Assembly: GCA_963665125.2 (NCBI GenBank) | Contig: CAXXUK010000001.1 | Span: 3,648,001 to 3,712,000, forward strand | Length of the DNA stretch: 64,000 nt | DNA from: an uncultured Desulfarculus sp. | Lineage (GTDB): Bacteria > Desulfobacterota > Desulfarculia > Desulfarculales > Desulfarculaceae | Direction: 5' to 3' | Shown: piece after piece, positions 31,873-43,375 of the stretch | How the letters are laid out: every line of letters begins with the position of its first letter | Position numbering within the stretch: the first letter of the stretch is position 1 | Position numbers and translations under genes: made by a program | Notes under the pieces: generated by a model | Databases searched by the model: none | The model's input: the letters and a program-made list of their open reading frames with translations, nothing else | What the model was told of the DNA's origin: nothing

Positions 31873-34332
31873 ATGAAACGGAAAAAATTCCTTTTTGACC
31901 TGCTGTTTATCGTTCTTGTAATTCTTGTGTTCTTTTTATCCTGGAATTATCAGCAGAAACGATTAATATATCAAAACATTGAACAGCTGAAGTCTTCAGA
32001 CTCCACTGGCCGACAAAGAGCCATTGCCGCATTGCGGAAAATCGGCAAACCTGCCGTCGAACCTTTGATTTTCGCTTTACAGTTTGATAATGTTCATGCG
32101 AAATCCATTGTAATGGAGACCATCTGTACCATCACAAGGAAAAAAGAACTGGTTCAAACTACAATCAAACTCGAAGAAGAAAGCCTGAATTTAAAGAAAG
32201 GATCAGCCGAAGCCCTGGGGCTGATAGCAGATCCCCGTGCAGTTTCGCCCCTGGTGTCTCTTCTTAATTATAAGAATCCCGATGTGCGGGAATGTGCAGT
32301 CACTGCCCTGGGAAAAATCGGAAAACCGGCAATTCCTGCATTGAGTACAGCAGTGATGGGGAATGATCCGGAAACTGTGCTGATAGTTGTAAAGACACTG
32401 GGGTTGACAAAGGACCCTGAGGCAGTGAAGCCAATAATCAACGGATTAAAGAAGCATTCAAAGGAATTGTGGATCAGGTTCGATTATATTGAATATGAAA
32501 CTGCATTCGCCAACGCCCTGGGAGAGATCGGTAAACCGGCATTAAATTCTCTGACTGAGCTGTCAAAAGGCTCAGACTTCATAGCAAAAAGGGTTGCCAT
32601 AAGATCGATGGGTAAAATTCCCGCCCCTGAAACGGTCAAAGTATTGATTTCTCTGCTGTCAACGGAGAAAGATGAGTTGTATGATCTTACAGTTGAATCC
32701 CTGAAAGATATGGGCAAGATGACGACAATAGATCTGGCGGAGGCTTTGCAGGATGAGAATCCTTTCATTCGCAGGGGAGCAGCACGGGCACTGGGTATGA
32801 GTGGTGACCCTGAAGCCGTCGGGCCTCTGTTGAAAGCCTTCAGGGAGGGAGACCCACAAACACGCAAGGAAACCCTGGGAGTGCTGGCTTGTTTCAGAGA
32901 CAGACGATTGACGGATCTTATGATGGATTGTTTGTTCAGTGAAGAGGAAGAAATCAGCAATATCGCTGCCACAGGGCTTATCAATCTGGGTAAACCTGCT
33001 GTCCAGGCTTTGCTCAAAGAAATTAAAACCGGAGCTGAAAAAAGACGAAAGACAGCTTATGATGTTTTGGTGAGATTCGGGAGAACATCCAGAGAGAATC
33101 AGGATGATTTGGGTTGTCAGGAAATACTGGGTATCCTTGAGAAGGAGTATAAACAGGCAAAAGGGCAGTATAAAGAATCTCTGGAATCTCTGATTGTTTT
33201 ATATAATGCTGAGCAACCTGTAAATTATTATTTAAAAAGTCTGAATGATGAGAATACCAAAATTCGGAGATATGCCGCTTACCGGTTGGGAGAGATCCGT
33301 GATCCCAAAGCTGTGAAACCGCTTGTAGCCGCTTTGAATGATTCCGATAGGGAAGTTAAGGGGAATGCCATAGTTTCCCTGGGGGAAATCGGCGGAGCCG
33401 AGACAGTAGAGCCGTTGTTAAAACTAATGTCTTGTGAAGATGATGGCTTTGCAGATAGTGCTGCAATGAGTCTGAAGAATGTCGGAGTACCGGCAGCTCC
33501 GGCTTTGATTAAGAAACTAAGGGATAAAAATGAGAAAGTCCGGGACAGGGCTTATAGTGCATTGGCGAATTCCTCCGAGGTTGAAATCACAGACCTTCTG
33601 GGAAAGGCATTTAATGACGGTGATGTCAACTTTCGGTTGAAAATTATTGAGTTGATAGGATCATCCACCGAATTCCCCGGCTATCACAATGTGAATGCCG
33701 CTCTTGCCGACACAGACTGGAGAATTCGAAAACTAGCGGTGGAATGCCTTTCTTTATTTCCTCACAACGATTCCACAGAAATAATGGTTGAGAAACTGAA
33801 AGACAGGGAAATTCAGGTTCGAATATCCGCCGCTTATGCATTGGGGGTCTGGCAGAACCCATCGGCTCTGAACCCCCTGAATGAAGCCTTCAATGATGAG
33901 AACCCTTTAATGCGCCTGGCTGTGGTTGACTCTGTCAGCTATTACCTGAGTGAAAAGGCGACTCCATTGAAATTGAGGGCACTGAAAGACAGTGATAAGG
34001 AAATCAGGAAACTTGCTTTTGCTTCCATTCCCAGGGATTACTACAAGAGGAACAAGAAAATTTTGTTGTCTGCATTGGAAAGAGATCCTGAATTTGTAAT
34101 GGAATTCATCGAGCGGTTGATTGCCGTTGAAATTCCGGAAATTGATGCGATCATTGTAAGAGAACTGGATAAAAACAGCGATATCAATAAGACCCTGGAC
34201 TGCCTGTACAGCAATAATCCAACATTGGTGAATGCAGCCGGGGAATGGTGTAAAAAGCATAATTACAAAATGGTGCTGGATATTAAAGATAATGTTTCTA
34301 TTAAGCGTGATCCGCCTTTGACGGAAGAATAA
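31873..34332 (+). CDS. Membrane-anchored HEAT (PBS-lyase-like) repeat protein
   Basis: N-terminal TM; many VR..AA.ALG.IG..AV.PL repeats. Confidence 0.92.
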   Translation: MKRKKFLFDLLFIVLVILVFFLSWNYQQKRLIYQNIEQLKSSDSTGRQRAIAALRKIGKPAVEPLIFALQFDNVHAKSIVMETICTITRKKELVQTTIKLEEESLNLKKGSAEALGLIADPRAVSPLVSLLNYKNPDVRECAVTALGKIGKPAIPALSTAVMGNDPETVLIVVKTLGLTKDPEAVKPIINGLKKHSKELWIRFDYIEYETAFANALGEIGKPALNSLTELSKGSDFIAKRVAIRSMGKIPAPETVKVLISLLSTEKDELYDLTVESLKDMGKMTTIDLAEALQDENPFIRRGAARALGMSGDPEAVGPLLKAFREGDPQTRKETLGVLACFRDRRLTDLMMDCLFSEEEEISNIAATGLINLGKPAVQALLKEIKTGAEKRRKTAYDVLVRFGRTSRENQDDLGCQEILGILEKEYKQAKGQYKESLESLIVLYNAEQPVNYYLKSLNDENTKIRRYAAYRLGEIRDPKAVKPLVAALNDSDREVKGNAIVSLGEIGGAETVEPLLKLMSCEDDGFADSAAMSLKNVGVPAAPALIKKLRDKNEKVRDRAYSALANSSEVEITDLLGKAFNDGDVNFRLKIIELIGSSTEFPGYHNVNAALADTDWRIRKLAVECLSLFPHNDSTEIMVEKLKDREIQVRISAAYALGVWQNPSALNPLNEAFNDENPLMRLAVVDSVSYYLSEKATPLKLRALKDSDKEIRKLAFASIPRDYYKRNKKILLSALERDPEFVMEFIERLIAVEIPEIDAIIVRELDKNSDINKTLDCLYSNNPTLVNAAGEWCKKHNYKMVLDIKDNVSIKRDPPLTEE

Positions 34333-34532
34333 AAATATCCGATAAAATAGAATAAACCGGTCGTTATAGTTCGGCAAGTGATCGCATCCGTTAAAAACAA
34401 TGGATGTAAAAGCATTTTTACAAGGTGATGGGAATAACCTTTCATTTTCCCCCTTGCCCCGGAAGTCCTCAGGTGTTATAATTATATTCGTAAATTCTTA
34501 ATCATAATCCATATTATCGGGGGCTGTTTTTT

Positions 34533-36203
34533 ATGAAGGGCTTTCCGTTCAAGTCGATCCATATTTTCATAATAACGATTTTATTTTCTGTGCTGCTTTC
34601 TTCCCTGGCATTTTCCCAGACTGCCCCTGCTCATCCCATTTGGCAAACCACCGATCAGAACGGTTTGAATGTCAAACTGCAATGTTTGCAGGGGCATTTG
34701 AATGTACATTCAAAACTGAGTTCTCCGGATCCCACAACTCAGGGAACAGATTTTGATATTCTTCTGGGACAATGTGAAGCAAGGAATCTGAATTTCATCG
34801 CAATGACCGATACCGCTACCAATATTTCTCTCCGCACATTCTGTCTTATGAAGGGTCTGGCACTTGCCAGGGCAAAATATGACGGAGCACTTCTTTCAGG
34901 GTTCAATTGGATAGGAGATCCCTCATTCACTCTGTCTTCACTTGCCAATATTGTAGTGGTGGGAGCTGACCAGGTGGCTTACTATTCACCGGGAGGAACG
35001 GAAATTCAAGTCCCTACTCAATACCTGCCCCTGGACTATATAAATCCTAATGTCGTTGATGTGGCGGGACAAAGTATCTATCAATCTGAAAAAGATTATC
35101 TGGATATCATTGAAAACGGAGAATACAGATATCAGGATGCATCCAAACTGACCCCGGTTACCAAAGCTGTTGAAGAATACATTACCGAGTGGAGTGAGAA
35201 ATACAACCTGGATGTTGTTCTTGGCGGAGAAACCCTTGAGGAGTTGCGTAAGGATCTGGAAAAAAGACTTGAAGAAGTGAATAAAATACAGAAGGTCCGT
35301 TTTCCTTGCTATAGCTTTGACAACCTTGCTTCATGGATTAATATTGAAGCCGGTAAGAATAAATATATGTCGGCAATGTTCTGTTACCCTGTGGGGACTG
35401 ATCCCCTGCCTGACTGGGTAAAGGAATTTTTCTCGCAGAAATATAACGAGACCTATCTTGAAGCTTTCAACCTGGCTCAGGTAAAGCCCACTGCTGCCAC
35501 AACCGAAGGTGGCTCAAGCAGCTTTGATCTGACTGTCTATCAGGAAGCTCTGGCTGCAGGCTGGAAGGTTGCTCCCGCTACTTCTCTCAATAATACTGGT
35601 GATGTGGTTGATGCTGATGCTGCGTATTTCACGGGTATATGGTCAGAAGAACCTACATCTACCAGTGATTCGAGAAAATATATATTGAATATTCTCGATG
35701 GATTGAGAAAGCGAAGAACTTTTACGGCAAACATGAATACTATGTTTGCTTTTCTGAAGGTCGTAGATTCCACCGGGCAGACTATGGCGTTAATGGGCGA
35801 TACCATCAGAACTGACAAATCGGGAATAATTGAGTTGAACATGGGGGTTGCCGTGGATCTTAATGACAAGATTTTTCTGGGTAAACCCCTTATGGTAGTA
35901 AATTATAATGACAAATCCGTCCGCTATTTTCCCTTTAACTCATTTTATCAGGATATATCGGGAAACGGTCCCTCCAATCCCATACCTTCCAGAGTCTTCC
36001 AGAGACATATCGATTCATTTAAAAACATCAAGAGTTTTTATATTGTTGTGGATTATTATCGTGTTATGAAACAGTATAACTCCAAAGAGCAATATGCTAC
36101 CGACTGGTCTTTCTATAAAGTCTGGAAGTACTTCACAATATCCCGTCTAAGTTCAGATCGGTTTCAGCTGATAACTTCCCCCATCTTTGTAGATGTAAAC
36201 TGA
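34533..36203 (+). CDS. Secreted hypothetical protein, possibly degenerate PHP-like barrel
   Basis: Signal peptide; GHLNVHSKLS and LNFIAMTDT resemble PHP motifs with ligands lost. Confidence 0.6.
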   Translation: MKGFPFKSIHIFIITILFSVLLSSLAFSQTAPAHPIWQTTDQNGLNVKLQCLQGHLNVHSKLSSPDPTTQGTDFDILLGQCEARNLNFIAMTDTATNISLRTFCLMKGLALARAKYDGALLSGFNWIGDPSFTLSSLANIVVVGADQVAYYSPGGTEIQVPTQYLPLDYINPNVVDVAGQSIYQSEKDYLDIIENGEYRYQDASKLTPVTKAVEEYITEWSEKYNLDVVLGGETLEELRKDLEKRLEEVNKIQKVRFPCYSFDNLASWINIEAGKNKYMSAMFCYPVGTDPLPDWVKEFFSQKYNETYLEAFNLAQVKPTAATTEGGSSSFDLTVYQEALAAGWKVAPATSLNNTGDVVDADAAYFTGIWSEEPTSTSDSRKYILNILDGLRKRRTFTANMNTMFAFLKVVDSTGQTMALMGDTIRTDKSGIIELNMGVAVDLNDKIFLGKPLMVVNYNDKSVRYFPFNSFYQDISGNGPSNPIPSRVFQRHIDSFKNIKSFYIVVDYYRVMKQYNSKEQYATDWSFYKVWKYFTISRLSSDRFQLITSPIFVDVN

Positions 36204-36327
36204 TTGGACTGCAAAAACTATTTACTACCCCATTTTTTCCTGTTATAATCCAACCGGATAGCTGTTCCGATACATTCTATCACTTCAGTTTATTATTGAA
36301 ATCATCAATAAAAGGTGGATTTTATTT

Positions 36328-37107
36328 ATGGAAAAAATTGAAGATATTTTTCTGTTATTGTCTGGTGAGAAGAAATCACTGAAACCTGAGCATGCATATA
36401 AGGCAGGTGAAGAAGGACTTCTTCGGGCATTCTACTTTTTCAGATGGCTCAACAAAAAAGACTATAAGACTCTGGATGATGTAGTGGAAGCTTTCAATAA
36501 GAACAAGATTCCTGAACAACAGCTGGAACATTACGGCAGTGCCCTGGTGATGATTGATCACTATGATACTGATGACAGGGTAAAGAAGGCTCTTATATAT
36601 CTCAATGATGCTTATAAAGGAAAAACAGGGAAAGAAATTTTATATAACCAGAAAGACAAACGAATTGAACGTCGTGTGCTGAAGAATATATACCAGGTGT
36701 TTACCGATTCCCTGGACAGACTCAAAAACAGGACTGTGGATCTGAAGAAATCCAATACCACCGTTTGGGTGATGCTGGTGATTGTACTGGCGGTAAATGT
36801 TGCTCTTGTTGCAACAGGTGTATACTTTAACGTTCTTAACAGTATCATTCCCGATTTAATGAAAAACAGTCAGATAATGTCGAAATACGGTGTGGCCGTA
36901 TTGGCAGGAATATTGTTCATTATTCCGGCATTACTGATACTCATTATGTCCCGCCATAAACTCTCGGAACAAGCTGCCAAAGGTAATGAATACCCTGAAG
37001 CTATTGCCAGATTGGAAGAGGAAGCGAATAAATTTAAAAATATTCTGGAAGGAATGAAAATCAACCTGGGATCCAATGGAGCAGAAGCGAATAAACCACA
37101 ACCCTAG
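36328..37107 (+). CDS. Hypothetical membrane protein (2 TM)
   Basis: 259-aa ORF with RBS and two hydrophobic helices. Confidence 0.7.
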   Translation: MEKIEDIFLLLSGEKKSLKPEHAYKAGEEGLLRAFYFFRWLNKKDYKTLDDVVEAFNKNKIPEQQLEHYGSALVMIDHYDTDDRVKKALIYLNDAYKGKTGKEILYNQKDKRIERRVLKNIYQVFTDSLDRLKNRTVDLKKSNTTVWVMLVIVLAVNVALVATGVYFNVLNSIIPDLMKNSQIMSKYGVAVLAGILFIIPALLILIMSRHKLSEQAAKGNEYPEAIARLEEEANKFKNILEGMKINLGSNGAEANKPQP

Positions 37108-37270
37108 GACAGACGGCGGAATTTTTGCAGGAATTGCGTCCCGTCAGGACTGCCCACAGGAATATAGGCAGTACCCCGGGATAAACTTCTCCCAAAGACA
37201 GTTATACAGGTTATCCCATTGGAAACGAAAGGTTTCGAAATTTTTGCCGATATTCGGAATTCGAAAAAAT

Positions 37271-37310
37271 AAAAAAAGTGCCGAAATATTCCCGGCACTT
37301 TCTTTATTTT
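37271..37310. terminator. Bidirectional intrinsic terminator
   Basis: A-run, AAAGTGCCG..CGGCACTTT, T-rich tail between convergent genes. Confidence 0.75.
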
Positions 37311-37330
37311 TATGGATGATCTTTCAGATT

Positions 37331-38836
37331 TTACTGTTTTACGGACAATTCATCTTCTGATGATGTGCTGTAATTGTCTACCATCTGTGGGTTCTGATCA
37401 CCATCAGTCATATCTCCAACTTTAGGATAGCTGTAATAATACAGTTCCTCGGCGCTGACGCTGCCATTGCCGTTGGTGTCGGCCGGACCAGCTGTGGAGG
37501 AGAATCCTAAACCCTCAGTATAATAATAGGTGAATACTCCGTTCCCAATGGAACTCATTTCCCAAGAAACTTCAGAACCGCTGGATGCTGTTACACAAAC
37601 CAGGTTGGGGAGAGTTTCCACATTTTTGGCTGATTTGGGGTTGAATGTGCCTTTGAAACTGGGATTGTACCCTTGTGCTCCTGTATAGACTCTGGCAGTC
37701 TTTGTTATTCCGTTTTTGACATTGGTCAGGTTCTTACCAATGATTCCACCACTATAGCAGGAATCGATAAAGATGGCTGTGGTACAGGGCATTCCCTGAA
37801 TAGCTGTTGCCAGTTCCTGATCATTGATGTAACCCCAATCGGTCAGGTCATCACTCCACATACAAATTGCCGCTCTTCCATCGGAATTCGTACCATGACC
37901 GCTGAAAGTCATTACAAACAGATCATCGGAAGCGGCATTGCTCTTGATGGTGCTTATAGTATTGAGAATATTGCTCTCGGTTGCCTGTTGGTCGGTAATG
38001 TAATAAATGGTCGCATCGCTCCACATGTTGGAGCTTTGGAATGCATTTCTTGCATCCTGAGCGTCTGCCACACAATAGTTAAGATCATTGTAGTCGCCGG
38101 GATAGTCATTTACACCGATGATAAGGGCATGGACTTTTCCGGTGAAAACTGGGGTAGGTGTTACTGTGGGGCTTGGTGTGGGACCACTGGTGGGATAAAG
38201 ACTGAAGTTCTTATAAGCGGTCTGGCCTGCAGTCACAGATACTGATGTGGTCGAGGTATAGTAAAGTGATTTGGTTACGGAAAGACTGTGTGTTCCTTCA
38301 GGAACATAAGAAAAAGTATAGTTTCCTGAATAATCGGTTGATTGGTTTACAGTTGTGGAATCGCTCTTTGTCAGTTGAACTGTTGCTCCGCTGATTGCCT
38401 GTGCATTATTGGCATCCGTAACGGTTCCCGATATCTGTCCTGTGGGATTCACATCAAGGATGGTCGTTGTAGTGCTCTCTGATTCCACATAAAGCTCCTG
38501 CTGACACGCAAGGCTTCCCTTTACTGCTGTCAGAAGAATGTTGCCTGCGGAAACATTATAGAGAGTGAATTCACCGTTGGTGTTTGTTGTGGTTGAGCCG
38601 CTCCGCTTGTTTGCAAGATAGCTGCTCAGCTGCCAGGATACTGTTGCTCCTGAGAGGGGAAGACCCTGGTCATCATACACAGTTCCCATAATTGTGGCGT
38701 TTCCGTCGACGATGTCTCCGCCTCCGCCACCGTCACCACCACCGCCGCTACAGCCAATCATTACTGAAAAGGTCAAAACCATAGTCAGTAAAAGAATTGC
38801 AGTGAACATTACTTTGATTTTGGAATTTTGTTTCAC
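37331..38836 (-). CDS. Lipoprotein with two carboxypeptidase-regulatory-like domains and a C14 caspase-family peptidase
   Basis: Lipobox MIGC plus Gly linker; ALIIGVNDY, FSGHG (His), IDSCYSGG (Cys), NGVFTYY. Confidence 0.9.
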   Translation of the reverse strand: MKQNSKIKVMFTAILLLTMVLTFSVMIGCSGGGGDGGGGGDIVDGNATIMGTVYDDQGLPLSGATVSWQLSSYLANKRSGSTTTNTNGEFTLYNVSAGNILLTAVKGSLACQQELYVESESTTTTILDVNPTGQISGTVTDANNAQAISGATVQLTKSDSTTVNQSTDYSGNYTFSYVPEGTHSLSVTKSLYYTSTTSVSVTAGQTAYKNFSLYPTSGPTPSPTVTPTPVFTGKVHALIIGVNDYPGDYNDLNYCVADAQDARNAFQSSNMWSDATIYYITDQQATESNILNTISTIKSNAASDDLFVMTFSGHGTNSDGRAAICMWSDDLTDWGYINDQELATAIQGMPCTTAIFIDSCYSGGIIGKNLTNVKNGITKTARVYTGAQGYNPSFKGTFNPKSAKNVETLPNLVCVTASSGSEVSWEMSSIGNGVFTYYYTEGLGFSSTAGPADTNGNGSVSAEELYYYSYPKVGDMTDGDQNPQMVDNYSTSSEDELSVKQ

Positions 38837-39421
38837 CTGATATCCTCCTTAATAATAATCCTTTGAGATAAGCTATTTTCTGTTAGTGCCTTCAGTTTTA
38901 TTCTTCTCTTACCGGGTTATCCAAAGGAACGTGGCAATACTATTCAGGATATGACTTACTGAAAAAAGCTGTTCTCAGAGAAAAATAAATTGCCGGTTTC
39001 CCTACCGGGGTTTATAAAGTGCATAATTATTGTTCGGATTAATAGAAGTGATTATTAAGTAAAAGGCTGAAAATTGGTATTTAATTCTTTCCTGTTTTTA
39101 TGAGGAGAACTTTTTTGTATCCTGCCATATCTTTATTATCAATCCATGACCTTAATCCTTCTAAAAATGTATTGATATAATCTGTTAGCTGATGATATTT
39201 CCTGTGATTAAAAGTGGATTTCTTATTCCGACAGAGTAGGGGTATAGTTAACAGCGGTATCTCTATTGCATGTCGATCTGCTTTTCCTGTATTCCTGTTG
39301 CTATTCCGCACTTCTGTAATATTGAAATTGAATATCTGCTGCATATCACAGGAAAAAAATGATATTTAACTAATTTAATCCAACATGTAACTCAGAGATA
39401 TTAATCAGTGGAGGCAAAAAT

Positions 39422-39814
39422 ATGGAATTTACAGTAAAATCATCAAAGAGAACGGAATTAATCAACATTACACAGGAAATAAATAAAAAGCTTAAAGAAT
39501 CAGGAGTTCAAAGTGGGGTCTGTACCATTTACATTCCCCATACCACAGCCGGAGTGACTGTAAATGAAGGTGCTGATCCTGATGTGGTTCAGGATATAGT
39601 GATGAAATTGGATAAAATGGTGCCTCGGGATGAAGACTACAGACACTCCGAGGGAAATTCCGATGCCCATATCAAGGCATCACTGATGGGAGCCTCAGAG
39701 ACCTTCCTCATTGAGAACGGTTCCATATCCCTGGGAACCTGGCAGAAAATATATTTCTGTGAATTTGACGGACCTCGTACAAGAAAAGTCTGGCTTCGAA
39801 TCTTCGGAGTGTAG
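39422..39814 (+). CDS. yjbQ: YjbQ/UPF0047 secondary thiamine-phosphate synthase family
   Basis: PHTTAG, HSEGNSDAHIK, LGTWQ..EFDGPR. Confidence 0.93.
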   Translation: MEFTVKSSKRTELINITQEINKKLKESGVQSGVCTIYIPHTTAGVTVNEGADPDVVQDIVMKLDKMVPRDEDYRHSEGNSDAHIKASLMGASETFLIENGSISLGTWQKIYFCEFDGPRTRKVWLRIFGV

Positions 39815-40081
39815 GTTACGGCATTACAGAATGTTCATTCATTATACTTTGAAAGATGATTAGTGGATAATAAAAAAGTAATTTATGAGCCGGAATCTGA
39901 AATGAAACTTATGGATTATTGAAGATATTCTACTGGTTTTTACCCGCTTATCAATGGATTGGAGTAAGCAATTGCTTTGATAGGCAGTATAAAGGTTCTC
40001 CCCGGAAAACCAGGATGAAGAATACCTTTATGGATCTATAAATTTTACATGCAATATAATATACAGGAGTAATACAATCAA

Positions 40082-41470
40082 ATGGATTTCCTGATGGAAG
40101 ATACAATAACCGCTATTTCCACCCCTCCAGGAGAAGGGGGAATCGGAATTATCCGCGTTAGCGGGAAAAAATCCCTGGAGATTGTGGGAGAAATTTTTAA
40201 ATCACCGGGAAATATTCCAGTGGAAATTACACCCAGGAAAGTCCATTACGGGTATATTGTGGATCCTGAGACCAGCGACAGAATCGATGAAGTTATAGTT
40301 ACCTTTATGAAGGCTCCCCGTTCATATACAACCCAGGATGTAATCGAAATAAATTGTCATGGTGGTCCTGTAGTACTGAAGAAAGTCCTGGATTTGGTGA
40401 TTTCCTGTGGCGCAAGGATCGCAGAACCGGGGGAGTTTACAAAGAGAGCATTCCTTGGGGGAAGAATAGATCTTGCCCAGGCTGAAGCAGTAATGGATAT
40501 GATCCGGGCAAGAACGGATGAATCCCGAAGGGTGGCTTTTTCGCAGCTGAAGGGGGAGTTGTCACACCTTATCAATCAACTCCGGGAAGATCTTATAGAA
40601 TTTCTCATTCAGCTGGAAGCAAGGATAGACTTCTGTGAGGATGACATCGCTCCGCTGGATCCCGGCTTCAAACTGGAGCAGGTGGATAAGATTCAGGAAG
40701 AGATAAAGCGGATCCTGGAAAATTTCGAAAAGGGCAAGATTTATCGTGAAGGAATCAGGGCCAGTATCATAGGCCCTCCCAATGTGGGCAAATCCACCCT
40801 TATGAATACCCTTCTGGGGGAGGAGAGGGCGATTGTTACTCATATCCCCGGAACCACCAGGGACAGAATCGAGGAAACCATCAATCTTAAGGGAGTCCCG
40901 TTAATTCTTATTGATACCGCAGGACTGCGTAAAAGTGATGACCTGGTGGAATCCATCGGTATGGAGAAGACCAGGGAATCAATGAAAGAAGCGGATCTAA
41001 TCCTTTTTATGTTGGATGCTTCAGAAGACAACGAAGAGAACCTGATGGAAATTCTTAATTTTCCCGATCCTGAGAAGAGTTTGCTCATCATGAACAAGGT
41101 TGACCTGGGGAAAAATTATCCCCGTAAACTCATTGAGGGGTATTTCCCGGCAGATAGAATTGCTGAGGTTTCTTTGAAGGATCGGAAGAACCTGGAGATG
41201 CTGGAAGAAAAAATAGTAAACATGGTCTTCAGTGGTAAGGCCGGTTCCGCTGCAGATGTGATACTCTCCAACGCCAGACACCGTGACGCACTGAAAAGAA
41301 CCGCCAGGCATCTGGATAACGCCCGTAACTCCATTATGGAGAATATGCCGGATGATTTTATTACCATAGACCTGAAATCCGCTCTGGACTCCCTGGGAGA
41401 AATTGTAGGCAAAGTTACGGTAGATGACCTGCTGGAAAGGATCTTCTCCAGTTTTTGTATCGGGAAATGA
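40082..41470 (+). CDS. mnmE: tRNA modification GTPase MnmE
   Basis: DTITAISTP, GPPNVGKS, GTTRD, DTAG, NKVD, C-terminal FCIGK. Confidence 0.98.
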   Translation: MDFLMEDTITAISTPPGEGGIGIIRVSGKKSLEIVGEIFKSPGNIPVEITPRKVHYGYIVDPETSDRIDEVIVTFMKAPRSYTTQDVIEINCHGGPVVLKKVLDLVISCGARIAEPGEFTKRAFLGGRIDLAQAEAVMDMIRARTDESRRVAFSQLKGELSHLINQLREDLIEFLIQLEARIDFCEDDIAPLDPGFKLEQVDKIQEEIKRILENFEKGKIYREGIRASIIGPPNVGKSTLMNTLLGEERAIVTHIPGTTRDRIEETINLKGVPLILIDTAGLRKSDDLVESIGMEKTRESMKEADLILFMLDASEDNEENLMEILNFPDPEKSLLIMNKVDLGKNYPRKLIEGYFPADRIAEVSLKDRKNLEMLEEKIVNMVFSGKAGSAADVILSNARHRDALKRTARHLDNARNSIMENMPDDFITIDLKSALDSLGEIVGKVTVDDLLERIFSSFCIGK

Positions 41471-41854
41471 CAATGAACAATATCCCGAAATAAAATGGCT
41501 GCAATGGTTGGAGGAATTTAGAACGGCTTGCTACCAACTTTCCGGCGAAATAAAGATGATAAACAAGTGGTTGGGGGAGAGTGTTGGGCTGGTATGAGTC
41601 ATTACGAGATGTGCTTTTGATACAAAAGTTTCCAGGAAAAAATTTAATTCTTGTTTTACAAAAAGAAATTTTGAAGACTGGACTCCCTTATATATATATG
41701 AAAAGTAGAGCCTGCTTCCAGCAGGTTTTCAAAAGAAAAGATTCTTATTCAGACTTTTTCCTATAGAGGGGACATTCCTTTTCTTATATGATGGGACATC
41801 GGGGTTGGAAATAACTTCCTGTAAAAACCGAAATAATTAAACAAACTTTCTTAT

Positions 41855-41887
41855 ATTTTCCAAAAACAACAAACTCGGTTCCCTATA
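41855..41887 (+). promoter_or_regulatory. Island motif copy 1: TTTCC..AACTC-N3-TCCCTATA
   Basis: AACTCggtTCCCTATA at 41872-41887. Confidence 0.65.
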
Positions 41888-42086
41888 TCTCTATAGAGGC
41901 AGAAAAACGAAGCAGCCAAACAAGCTGAACAGTTATACCGAGCTTACCGGGGAATCTTATCATTCTGCCATCTATAGAAAAGCTTCTTCGAGTTCACCTA
42001 AAAAGAAAATCTGCATGGTTACTCCTGAAAAATGAGTTTGTCCGTTTACTGAGCCTAAGCAGGAAATTTAATAGATTGCTACGGAA

Positions 42087-43339
42087 ATGTCTTATAACTA
42101 TCTGAAACAGGAAAGAAGGTTTTGGAAATTGTCAGATGATTTTAAGGGCAAATATCAGGAAATTATTCTGGAGTCAGGTTTGGAAGAAGCGTTGATCACT
42201 TACAGGGAAAAAATTATTGAGAATCGACTGGATGATGAGGAGACTGCAGAATTGATGGAAAGGTTGCATTTTCTCCTGGTAGAGATTATTAAATTTACAT
42301 TGTGCTATTATTCCCACCTGGTGAATGAGCAGCAAATCTGTGATAATTTGAATGAATATGTAGATATGCTGTCATTAAGTCTTTTGAAAGGCGGATGTGA
42401 TTGCAGCTCCAACCGTTGTTATCAGCAGCATACCTGTCTTACTGGCTTGATCATCGTGAGGAAAAGAAGCTATGGCAATTTCTCCTCATTGCCGTCAGGG
42501 GTGATGTGAAGCTTAAAGGGAGGGAGAAAGCGTTTCCTTACAGTATGCTTTTTAGAGAGCTTAAAGAAGATTTTGCATTTGCTCAAAGACCTGTAGTTTC
42601 TAATGAGTGTTCCTGCCTTGCTCCCGGTGGAATCAAATCAAATTTTTTCAATTATTGGAAAACCAGATGTGATGAATGTAATACCATATTCGACGAAACA
42701 AAAATGAAGAGAATTGAAAGACAGAGGATTATTCTGGAAAGTAAGTTTGAGAAGATGGAGTTTTACAAATGTAAGGATGAAGACTGTGAAAATATGTACC
42801 TCAGGCAGAAAGGGAAATGTCCCATAACAGACTGTAAAACATCTCATCCACAGAGAATATCCCGTTCTTTTGTGAAGACCGGCAGAATGGAAGTCAATTC
42901 TTCTGATGATGCAAACGAGAATCTTTTAAGGAGCGATGAGGATGGATATTGCCAGATAGAAAACTCTGAAAAGTTTAGAAACTTCATTAAAGAAATGATA
43001 CTGAAACATCCCTGGAGCCTCATTCTGGCGATTAACCTCTATGAATACAGGTTATCAGGAGGGAATTTGCTCTCTAATCCAGAGCTTTTTCAGAGTATCC
43101 TTGAGTGTAAATGGAATCCGTCTGATATGGAATGGTTTAATAATATGCTGGCATTTACTGTGGGGGATGAGAAAAAATATGACATACCCATAAAGGACAT
43201 CCGAAAGAACCTGTTGACCTGTAAAATAGAATTAAAAGGCAGGGGAGTTGATACTACCGGGAATTCAACGGAAATAAAGCTGAAGATTGGAGAGCTTGCC
43301 GATTTATTCCGGGAAATACTGCTGCGGCATCTCTCCTGA
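42087..43339 (+). CDS. Cys-rich (Zn-ribbon) helical protein, possible divergent ECF-like sigma factor; 1-nt frameshift at ~42400
   Basis: ORFs 42087-42509 and 42401-43339 join by adding one T; CDEC, CKDEDC, CPITDC; LWQFLLIAVRG resembles sigma region 2 and the C-terminal helix resembles region 4 (weak). Confidence 0.5.
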
Positions 43340-43375
43340 TATGAGAGAAGAAATCAGAGCTATGGAGGTTATCCA

